64,000 bases of DNA from Patescibacteria group bacterium (lineage in GTDB: Bacteria > Patescibacteriota > Patescibacteriia > Patescibacteriales > JAQTRU01): NCBI GenBank assembly GCA_028716725.1, contig JAQUPG010000008.1, forward strand, positions 3,653 through 67,652, written 5' to 3'. The notes under the pieces are model-generated. The model was not told where the DNA came from and made no database searches. It saw only the letters and a list, made by a program, of their open reading frames with translations. Position numbers and translations under genes: made by a program. Below are positions 53,491 to 61,191 of this stretch, piece after piece. Every line of letters starts with the position of its first letter. Within the stretch, counting starts at the first letter, position 1.

Positions 53491-54207
53491 ATGTTATTAA
53501 TAGAATCACAGGGTTTGCTAGTAAAAAAATTACAGCAGAAATTATTTGAGCTCAGTTATAATACAGGTTCAGTTGACGGTATTTTTGGCCCCAGAACCCA
53601 AAGAGCTATTATATGTTTCCAGCGAGATAACAATTTAGACATTGATGGGGTTGTTGGTGATGAGACATGGAAAAAGTTATTTAATGAACCTTTCCCTCAA
53701 CCTTTAGCGATAGAAACTCCCCCATCTCAAGAAAAATGCTTTCAGATATTTGGCGATTTCCGTATTCCGGGCTGGAAAGAGCAAAGTTTAGTTAAATGCG
53801 ATCTATCGGAATTTAAAGAAGAATTAAAGGATGTATTTTTTGATTGGATGACTGAAAATGATAAAGCTTTTATCCATAATAATTGGTTTGGTTTTATGAC
53901 TCATAAATCAGTTGCTTCTAAATTTCAAGAAGCTTTTAGAAATGTTATCAGCAGAGGATTACATAAACAAATAAAAACTTTTGGTGGTTGCTTTAATCCT
54001 CGCCAGATAAGAGGTGGGCAATCTTGGTCAACTCATTCTTGGGGTATAGCGATTGATATAAACCCTAAATGGAATCGCTTTGGTCAGAAGAATTTTGAAA
54101 TGAGTGAAAATTTAGCGAGATGTTTTGAAGATATAGGTTTTGTCTGGGGCGGAAGATGGACTGGTTTTCCCGATGCGATGCATTTCCAATATGCAACGGT
54201 TAGATAA
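53491..54207 (+). CDS. Peptidoglycan-binding domain + M15-family (VanY/endolysin-like) peptidase
   Basis: VDGIFGPRTQRAIICFQRDNNLDIDGVVG; HSWGIAIDINP...DAMHFQY. Confidence 0.8.
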   Translation: MLLIESQGLLVKKLQQKLFELSYNTGSVDGIFGPRTQRAIICFQRDNNLDIDGVVGDETWKKLFNEPFPQPLAIETPPSQEKCFQIFGDFRIPGWKEQSLVKCDLSEFKEELKDVFFDWMTENDKAFIHNNWFGFMTHKSVASKFQEAFRNVISRGLHKQIKTFGGCFNPRQIRGGQSWSTHSWGIAIDINPKWNRFGQKNFEMSENLARCFEDIGFVWGGRWTGFPDAMHFQYATVR

Positions 54208-54230
54208 TTGCATAAATTAAAAACAAAATT

Positions 54231-54440
54231 ATGCCAATAAATAAAACTACAAAATGTATAATCTGCGGTGTACTCATGGCGGGGTTAGTAGCATCAGAAT
54301 CAGATGTATTATGCCGAGAGTGTTCAGAAAAAAAACAAAAGCATATTCCCGAAAATGGATTTGCTCATGAGGCTTTATTTTATAATTTTTATGATACCCC
54401 ATTAACTACAACCTCAGGAACATTTACTAGCAATTTATAG
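54231..54440 (+). CDS. Small Zn-ribbon protein
   Basis: CIICG...CRECS. Confidence 0.4.
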   Translation: MPINKTTKCIICGVLMAGLVASESDVLCRECSEKKQKHIPENGFAHEALFYNFYDTPLTTTSGTFTSNL

Positions 54441-54458
54441 TTTTGATTATCTATACTT

Positions 54459-55382
54459 ATGCCAGAAGATAATTTTTGGGATATAACGAATAAACCTCAA
54501 ACAAAAACGAAATTAAAAATTTTGAATAATTATTTATTTGCTTGGGCGAAAATATTAGCTAGCCAAAAGTGGTGCAATCAGATGTATTATATCGATTGCT
54601 TCGCCGGCAGAGGGAAGTATAATAATGAGGGCATAGCAGATTCCGTCCTCGGTTCCCCGCTGATTGCCATGGAGATAGCAAAAATAATTAAGAAAAAATA
54701 TAATAAAGATATAAGATGCATTTTTATAGAGGAGGATAAAAAGATATTTTTAGAATTACAAAAGTTTGTCAGTCCATATATTGAAGATGGTTTGCACCCA
54801 GAATTAATATATGGCAACGTGAACAAAAAAATAGAGGATGTAATAAAGGCTGTTTCCGGCCGAGATCCGGTATTTTTTTTCATCGACCCTGATGGCATAA
54901 AAATCGACAGGGGAATGTTGGAAAAGGCTATGAATATACCAAATGTTGCTAAAGAATTTTTAGTAACCTATATCTGTAAGGGGGTAGAAAGATGTTACGC
55001 TCTAGGCAAAAAATGCGATGAAGATTTGCCAATCAGTATACAGAAGAAAGCAATAGGCAACTTAAGAAGAATCCAAAAATTCTTTGGAGACGATTGGAAA
55101 TATTTAACCAAAGAAGAAAAAGGTAATTTAAAAATATATTTGAATATTGTTGCGGATCATAATGACAAAATGGATGGAAAATATAAACTTGGTGCAAAGA
55201 TTATTGATATTTGCTATAACAGTGGACGGAATAAATACTATTTAATTTTTCTTTCCCGAAATGCTAACGCTAAAGGAATTATTGAAGATATTTATATAAA
55301 AATAAAGATTGATGGGACCCTGTTTTCCTCTTTTTCCAAGAGACAACAGAAAGAAATGTTCCAGGGAAAATTTGATATTTAA
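54459..55382 (+). CDS. TcmP-like (three-Cys-motif partner protein) Rossmann/methyltransferase-like protein
   Basis: N-terminal W..T..KT..K...L..YL, YIDCFAGRGKY, GSPLIAME, FFFIDPDG; family name recalled from TIGRFAM, not searched. Confidence 0.6.
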   Translation: MPEDNFWDITNKPQTKTKLKILNNYLFAWAKILASQKWCNQMYYIDCFAGRGKYNNEGIADSVLGSPLIAMEIAKIIKKKYNKDIRCIFIEEDKKIFLELQKFVSPYIEDGLHPELIYGNVNKKIEDVIKAVSGRDPVFFFIDPDGIKIDRGMLEKAMNIPNVAKEFLVTYICKGVERCYALGKKCDEDLPISIQKKAIGNLRRIQKFFGDDWKYLTKEEKGNLKIYLNIVADHNDKMDGKYKLGAKIIDICYNSGRNKYYLIFLSRNANAKGIIEDIYIKIKIDGTLFSSFSKRQQKEMFQGKFDI

Positions 55383-55429
55383 AAGTTTGCTTGGTATAAT
55401 AAAAATATTGAGATACAAAAGCAAACCCC

Positions 55430-56290
55430 ATGCTTAAAATAACAAGGAGCTCTCTACTTTATAAAAGTAGAGTTGAATATGCGGATTATTGCATTAACCA
55501 CATCGAGGGCTGTTCTCACGGCTGTCGGTTTCCTTGCTATGCCATGATGATGAAAAAAAGATGCGGGGTGATAAAGAATTATAACGACTGGATTAAGCCA
55601 AAAATCGTAAGTAACGCATTAGAATTATTAGATAGAGAAATCCCAAAACTAAAAAATAAAATTAAGGTTGTTCATCTTTGTTTTACCTCCGACCCCTTTA
55701 TGTATAACCAGCCGGAAGTTTCCAGTCTGACTTTAAAAATAATAGAGAAATTAAATAAAGCGGGTATAAGATGCACGGTTTTAACAAAAGGAGTTTATCC
55801 GAAAGAATTGGCTGATGTAAGTAAATATAGCGTTAATAACGAGTATGCCATAACCTTGGTTTCTTTGGACAGTAATTTTAAAAATACTTTTGAACCGGGT
55901 GCTGCCCCGTATAAACAAAGAATTGAATCATTGAAACATCTTCATGATAAGGGGCTTAGAACCTGGATAAGTATGGAACCTTATCCAACCCCAAATTTAG
56001 TAGGACAAAATTTACTGAAAATATTAAATGAGATTAAATTTGTTGATAAAATAATTTTTGGCAAATTGAATTATAACGTGCGCGTGTCCGAATTTTTAGA
56101 TAACAAAGATTTTTATGATAGATGTGCGAATATTGTTGTAAATTTTTGCAATCAAAATAAAATTGGTTATCATATAAAATACGGAACAGCTAGGGAAGAC
56201 AATAAAAAGACGGAAAAAATTTTAAAGAAGATTTCCGTTTCGGACAAATTAGAAATTTATAATTTAACCCAGACGTCATTAAATGTATAA
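55430..56290 (+). CDS. Radical-SAM-like / SplB(COG1533)-like protein with a CxxxCxxxC three-Cys motif
   Basis: HIEGCSHGCRFPCYA; downstream CFTSDPF, TVLTKG, EPGAAPYKQRIESL layout. Confidence 0.6.
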   Translation: MLKITRSSLLYKSRVEYADYCINHIEGCSHGCRFPCYAMMMKKRCGVIKNYNDWIKPKIVSNALELLDREIPKLKNKIKVVHLCFTSDPFMYNQPEVSSLTLKIIEKLNKAGIRCTVLTKGVYPKELADVSKYSVNNEYAITLVSLDSNFKNTFEPGAAPYKQRIESLKHLHDKGLRTWISMEPYPTPNLVGQNLLKILNEIKFVDKIIFGKLNYNVRVSEFLDNKDFYDRCANIVVNFCNQNKIGYHIKYGTAREDNKKTEKILKKISVSDKLEIYNLTQTSLNV

Positions 56291-56352
56291 AAAATAAAGA
56301 ATCAAACAAAAAATGAACCCCGGTTGGGGTTCATTTTTTTGTATGTAATTTT

Positions 56353-58590
56353 TTATTTCTTATATCCGCAATCTTTATTGCTGCATTTCACCCCGTCTTT
56401 GGCTTCTACTAATAACGCGCCGCAATCAGGGCATTTCTCGCCGGTGGGTTTTGCCCAAAAAGCGGTTTTACAGTCGGGATATTGGTTGCAGGCGTAAAAG
56501 ATTCCTTTGCGGCCGCGCTTCTGGACAATTTCGCCCTTTTCGCAGGCCGGGCAGTGGACGCCGGTTGATTTATTAGCGGTTTGATTTTCTTTTATATTTT
56601 TTAAATTCCGGCATTTCGGGAAAGCCGTGCAGGCGAGGAAAGGCCCGTAGCGGCCGACTTTTATGGCCATGGGGGAACCGCATTTTTCGCAGGTTTCGCC
56701 TTCGTATTTTTTCTGGATTTCCTCTATTTCCTTGTTATCCGCCCGGCCGTCTTTATCCTTGTCCGTTCCGGGCATGGACTTAATATTCTTGCAGTCGGGA
56801 AAAGCCGAGCAGGCCAGGAATTTTCCATAGCGCCCGGTTTTAATTATCATAGCGGCGCCGCACTTATCGCATTTTTCGTTTGATTTTTCTTCAGGCATAA
56901 TTTTATTTTTATCGATTTCCTGATATTTGTTAGTTAAATTATCATGGAATGGATCATAAAAATTTTCTATAACCGGCTGCCATTCGGTTTTGCCTTCGGC
57001 AATATCGTCCAAATTATTTTCCATGTCGGCCGTGAATTTATAGTCAACGATTTCGGAAAAATGCTTAACCAATAAATCAATCACCACGAAAGCGATGTCG
57101 GTCGGAGCCAGTTTTTTATTTTCGTCGCGGGTAACATAATTGCGCGCTTCAATCGTGGCTATGGTCGGGGCGTAGGTGGAAGGCCGGCCGATGCCGTATC
57201 TTTCCAAAGCTTTAACTAATCCGGCGTCGGAATAGCGGGCCGGCGGTTTGGTAAAATGCTGCTGGTCGTCCAGTTTTATTAAATCCAGCTCTTCTTTTTC
57301 TTTTACTTCCGGCAATTGCATTTCCTTGCTTTTCTCCGGGTAAATTTTCAAATAGCCGTCAAATTGTAAAACCTGGCCGGTGGCCCTAAACTGGTAAGCC
57401 GTGCCCTGAGCGTCAACGTCAATAACCGTGGCGTCGACAATCGCGGCCGGCATCTGGCTCGCTAACGCTCTTTGCCAGATTAATTTGTATAATCTGTATT
57501 GCCCGCCGACCAGAGACGATTTAACCGAGTCCGGAGTTCTGGCCGCTTCGGTCGGACGGATGGCTTCGTGGGCTTCCTGGGCGTTTTTTGATTTAGTTTT
57601 AAAAGCGCGGGGAGAGGGCAGGCAGTATTTTTCTCCCAAGTTTTCCTTTAAATAATCTTTGGCTTCGCTTAAAAATTTTCCGGACAGGTTCAGGGAGTCG
57701 GTCCTCATGTAAGTGATAAATCCTTTTTCGTATAATTGCTGGGCAACCGTCATGGTCTGCTTGGCGCTAAACCCGAGCCAGCGGTTGGCGGTCTGCTGCA
57801 GGGTGGAAGTGGTAAAAGGCGCGGGCGGATTTTTTTTCGTTTCTTTTTTTTCAACCCTGGCGGCGAGATACTTGGCGCCTTTAAGTTCGCTTAAAACCTT
57901 TTTTGCCTGTTTCTCATTTTTTATTTTAAGCTTATCAACGGTTTTCCCGCCTATCTTATTTAAAGCGGCGATAAATTCTTCTCCGGTTTTTTCTTTTTTA
58001 AGGCTGGCTAAAACGCTCCAATATTCTTCGGGCTTAAAATCCTTAATCTGCCTTTCCCGTTCAACGATTAAGCGGACGGCCACGGATTGCACCCGGCCGG
58101 CGGATAATCCCCGGGCTACCTTTTTCCATAAAAACGGGGAAAGCTCATAGCCGACTAAGCGGTCTAAAATCCGGCGGGCCTGCTGGGCGTCAACCAATTT
58201 CATATCAATCTGGCGGGGGCTGTTTAAAGCTTCCAAAATCGCGTCTTTGGTAATTTCGTGGAAAACTATTCTTTTGGTTTTCTTTTTATCTAAGTTAAGG
58301 GCTTCGGCCAAATGCCAGGCAATCGCTTCCCCCTCCCGGTCTTCATCAGAAGCCAAAATGACGCTGGTGGCTTTTTTCGCCAAGTCTTTCAGTTTAGCCA
58401 CGGTTTTTTTTGATTTGGCCGGGATGACGTATTTCGGGGTAAAGCCGTTGGCCATATCAATCCCCATAACGCTTTTCGGCAGATCGCGGATATGGCCGAA
58501 AGAAGACTCGATTTTATAATCGGGGCCTAAAAATTTTGTGATGGTTTTGGCTTTGGTCGGCGACTCGACAATAATTAAATTTTTACTCAT
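56353..58590 (-). CDS. topA: DNA topoisomerase I
   Basis: Toprim IVESPTKAKT, SDEDREGE, catalytic YMRTDS, four C-terminal Zn-ribbons; ATG at 58590 preferred over the TTG at 58626. Confidence 0.95.
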   Translation of the reverse strand: MSKNLIIVESPTKAKTITKFLGPDYKIESSFGHIRDLPKSVMGIDMANGFTPKYVIPAKSKKTVAKLKDLAKKATSVILASDEDREGEAIAWHLAEALNLDKKKTKRIVFHEITKDAILEALNSPRQIDMKLVDAQQARRILDRLVGYELSPFLWKKVARGLSAGRVQSVAVRLIVERERQIKDFKPEEYWSVLASLKKEKTGEEFIAALNKIGGKTVDKLKIKNEKQAKKVLSELKGAKYLAARVEKKETKKNPPAPFTTSTLQQTANRWLGFSAKQTMTVAQQLYEKGFITYMRTDSLNLSGKFLSEAKDYLKENLGEKYCLPSPRAFKTKSKNAQEAHEAIRPTEAARTPDSVKSSLVGGQYRLYKLIWQRALASQMPAAIVDATVIDVDAQGTAYQFRATGQVLQFDGYLKIYPEKSKEMQLPEVKEKEELDLIKLDDQQHFTKPPARYSDAGLVKALERYGIGRPSTYAPTIATIEARNYVTRDENKKLAPTDIAFVVIDLLVKHFSEIVDYKFTADMENNLDDIAEGKTEWQPVIENFYDPFHDNLTNKYQEIDKNKIMPEEKSNEKCDKCGAAMIIKTGRYGKFLACSAFPDCKNIKSMPGTDKDKDGRADNKEIEEIQKKYEGETCEKCGSPMAIKVGRYGPFLACTAFPKCRNLKNIKENQTANKSTGVHCPACEKGEIVQKRGRKGIFYACNQYPDCKTAFWAKPTGEKCPDCGALLVEAKDGVKCSNKDCGYKK

Positions 58591-58638
58591 ATTGTAAAGT
58601 ATTATACAATTTTTTATTTTTCGCAAGCCTGAAGGCTT

Positions 58639-59742
58639 CTATCTGGCTAAAATGTAATACATGCCCCCTAAATTTTTTACCATGCCTTTCATTTCCATTA
58701 TGACCAGTGTACTATTTGTTTCCGCGGTGTCAAGTCCGGAAGCGCGGACAAGCTCGTCAACATGGATTGGTTCGAAGGAAAGAAGGGCGATTATTTTTTT
58801 CTCATTTTCCCCTTCCGGCATTATGGTTTTGGCGCTGATATAGGCCGTGGCCCGGGTAAGATTAAGGGACTCGATAATGTCCGAGGCGCCGGTAACGACT
58901 TTGGCCCCTTCCTTTATAAGCTTATTGGGCCCGGCGGAAACCGGAGAATGGATATGGCCGGGCACGGCAAAAACTTCGCGGTTCTGCTCCAAGGCGTAAG
59001 CGGCCGTGATTAAAGCCCCGGATTTTTCCCCGGCTTCTATAACTAAAGTCCCTAAACTTAGGCCGGAAATAAGGCGGTTTCTTTGCGGGAAATTGTGGCG
59101 CAAGGGCGGAGTGCCAAGAGGCAGTTCCGACATTATGGCTCCGCCGGAAGCGATAATTTTATCCGCCAAATAGCGGTTTTGCGAAGGATAAATATTTTCC
59201 CTGTCCAGGCCCGAGCCCAAGACGGCAATGGTTTTTCCTCCGGTCGCCAAAGTCGCCAGATGGGCCAAAGAGTCGATGCCCAAAGCCAGGCCGCTCGCGA
59301 TAGTCAGGCCGTTAGCCGCCAGATCTTTTACGAGATAATCCGTTATTTGCTCTCCATAAGCGGTGAATTTTCTCGTGCCGACCACGGCTAAAGTAAAATC
59401 ATTTTTTAAATCAAGCTCTCCTTTGTAGTAGATTAGGGGAGGAGGGTTATAGATTTCATTTAAGAGGGCGGGGTAGGATTTGTCCGTAATTGCCATAATC
59501 TTTATATCCTCTTTTATTATCTTGGCGATCAACCGGTCAGGGTCAATTTCCCTTCGGGTCGCGATAAATTCTTCGGCAATATTTTCTTCAACGCCGGCTT
59601 TTAGAAGTTCCGGAAGGCCGGCCCGGAAAGCGTTTTCTAACCGGCCGTCCTCGGGGAGAAAATATTTTAGCAATTTTTTGAACCGGATTGGCCCGAATTT
59701 TTGGAATTTATTTAAAGCCACCCAGTATTTCAGGTTTTCCAT
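58639..59742 (-). CDS. dprA: DNA processing protein DprA
   Basis: AVVGTRKFTAYG, GLALGIDS, full DprA Rossmann domain plus C-terminal wHTH. Confidence 0.93.
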   Translation of the reverse strand: MENLKYWVALNKFQKFGPIRFKKLLKYFLPEDGRLENAFRAGLPELLKAGVEENIAEEFIATRREIDPDRLIAKIIKEDIKIMAITDKSYPALLNEIYNPPPLIYYKGELDLKNDFTLAVVGTRKFTAYGEQITDYLVKDLAANGLTIASGLALGIDSLAHLATLATGGKTIAVLGSGLDRENIYPSQNRYLADKIIASGGAIMSELPLGTPPLRHNFPQRNRLISGLSLGTLVIEAGEKSGALITAAYALEQNREVFAVPGHIHSPVSAGPNKLIKEGAKVVTGASDIIESLNLTRATAYISAKTIMPEGENEKKIIALLSFEPIHVDELVRASGLDTAETNSTLVIMEMKGMVKNLGGMYYILAR

Positions 59743-59756
59743 ACTTTAGGGGCTCG

Positions 59757-59794
59757 CCCCGTTAGAAATTTTAATTTTTAAATTTCTAATGGGG
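59757..59794. repeat. CCCCGTTAGAAATTT / AAATTTCTAATGGGG hairpin copy just upstream of dprA
   Basis: 15-nt arms, 8-nt loop. Confidence 0.75.
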
Positions 59795-59829
59795 TTGACT
59801 AAAAATTTAAGGTGTGCTAATATAATATA

Positions 59830-60190
59830 TCAAAACTCCTCGCCCCGTTAGAGAAATTTTTTAACGGGGCAAAGGTAAGAAATAGACGATTCTGCCCTAG
59901 TTATTTTAAAATCAAAGAGTCGTGGGCTAGAAGTTGGTCATTTTCCGCTGAGGCACAATACTTTTAATAATAGAAAAGCCGATAACGAATAGGGTAATTT
60001 CTCTAACGGGGTAAACCAATGGCCCTCAATTTACTACTTGCTTCTGGGCGTTAGTTTGTAGATTGCTTTCCTCCTTGGTGATTTATAAATTAATTTGTCC
60101 CTTATCAGCAAGTAGTAAATCGGAGGCGATTGGGAAAAACCGGCTATCAAGATTTGTTTTTTTAAATTAAATTACTGATAGCTTTTTTAA
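59830..60190 (+). ncRNA. Possible non-coding transcript(s) in the 0.6 kb dprA-tRNA spacer; very tentative
   Basis: TTGACT-N17-TAATAT at about 59795-59823; helix ATTTACTACTTGCT/AGCAAGTAGTAAAT (about 60040-60120); GCTATCA...TGATAGC + T6 at about 60144-60188; no ORF. Confidence 0.2.
59843..60011. repeat. 169-nt element with perfect 16-nt terminal inverted repeats CCCCGTTAGAGAAATT / AATTTCTCTAACGGGG
   Basis: Arms at 59843-59858 and 59996-60011. Confidence 0.75.
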
Positions 60191-60377
60191 TTTCTGAAAA
60201 TATTTTAACATATTAAAAAAGGGAAAGATAGTATTTAAAATTTTGTCTAGGAGTGATGAAAGTCAAATTGACCCTCCTTGATTTGGCCGAAGTCTCAAAT
60301 AGGGCCTTGTGCCTTTGCTCCTAGGCAATATTTTGAACATTATTTTATCCTCGCACTTTTCTATATTTATTACTGGT

Positions 60378-60454
60378 CGGGGTGTAGCACAGCCTGGTTA
60401 GTGCGCTTGTTTAGAAAACAGGAGACTCGGGTTCAAATCCCGCCACCCCGACCA
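60378..60454 (+). tRNA. tRNA with anticodon AGA (nominally Ser/UCU) but a short variable arm and Pro-like acceptor; identity unresolved
   Basis: Acceptor CGGGGTG/CACCCCG, A73, encoded CCA; D GCAC/GTGC; anticodon stem CTTGT/ACAGG with loop TTAGAAA; T loop TTCAAAT (49:65 T:C mismatch). Confidence 0.7.
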
Positions 60455-60458
60455 AAAA

Positions 60459-60489
60459 AGACCCGCTTTAATTGTTAGGGTCTTTTTTC
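60459..60489 (+). terminator. Intrinsic terminator after the tRNA
   Basis: AGACCC...GGGTCT followed by T6. Confidence 0.65.
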
Positions 60490-60509
60490 TTTTTTATCTT
60501 TTACGTTAA

Positions 60510-61079
60510 TTACAGAGCTAACTCTGTAATTAATTTTTTTATAATTTCCAGCTCTTCTTTCTTGAATTTTTCCAAGACAAATTTACCCGCCTCCATTTCA
60601 TTTCGGCGAGGCAGGTCTGCCGGCACTCTAATTGCCATTTCCGTGCGGATGCCGATTCTAATTCTCTTAAAATTCTTAGTCTTAAGATGGTTTATAATTG
60701 ACTCGACGCCTTTGTGGCCGGCGCTGCGGGAATCAATGGAAATTTTATATTTGCCTAAATTGATGTCAATATCATCGTGAATAACGGTTAAAATTTCCGA
60801 CAAATCGCTGTCTTTAACTTTAAACACGCCTAGTTTTTTCGGCAATAATTTATAGTAGGCTAAAACCGCCCGGACGGATTGGCCGGAATTATTCATGAAA
60901 GTTTGCGGCTTGACTAAAATAGTGTTTCCTCTTTGGCAGATTTGGGCCTGAAATTTTTTATTAGTTTTCCAGCCGCCTCCGATTTTTTCGGCCAAAGCGT
61001 CAAGGGCCATAAAACCGACGTTATGCCGGGTATTCTCATATTTTTTGCCTGGATTGCCCAGGCCGATGATAATATGCAT
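60510..61079 (-). CDS. pth: Peptidyl-tRNA hydrolase
   Basis: IIGLGNPGKKYENTRHNVGF, HDDIDI, GHKG motifs. Confidence 0.95.
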   Translation of the reverse strand: MHIIIGLGNPGKKYENTRHNVGFMALDALAEKIGGGWKTNKKFQAQICQRGNTILVKPQTFMNNSGQSVRAVLAYYKLLPKKLGVFKVKDSDLSEILTVIHDDIDINLGKYKISIDSRSAGHKGVESIINHLKTKNFKRIRIGIRTEMAIRVPADLPRRNEMEAGKFVLEKFKKEELEIIKKLITELAL

Positions 61080-61086
61080 ATGCGAT

Positions 61087-61190
61087 TGTCATTGCGAGGA
61101 GCGAAGCGACGAAGCAATCTAACGAACTATTAAAATAGCAAAATGTACGTGAGATTGCTTCGACCCGAAGCGTCGGGTCTCGCAATGACA
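61087..61190. repeat. 104-nt GC-rich palindromic element filling the pth-der spacer
   Basis: TGTCATTGCGAG(61087-61098)/CTCGCAATGACA(61179-61190); GAAGCAATCT(61111-61120)/AGATTGCTTC(61152-61161). Confidence 0.8.
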
Positions 61191-61191
61191 G

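Noticed and set aside
59830-60190. tmRNA: size about 360 nt, and a GCC GAT AAC GAA TAG string reminiscent of an A-N-D-E tag start
   Set aside because: There is no tRNA-like 5' GGGG/3' ...CCACCA acceptor pairing and no T-arm. The putative tag would be only 4 residues and does not end in a hydrophobic LAA-type tail.
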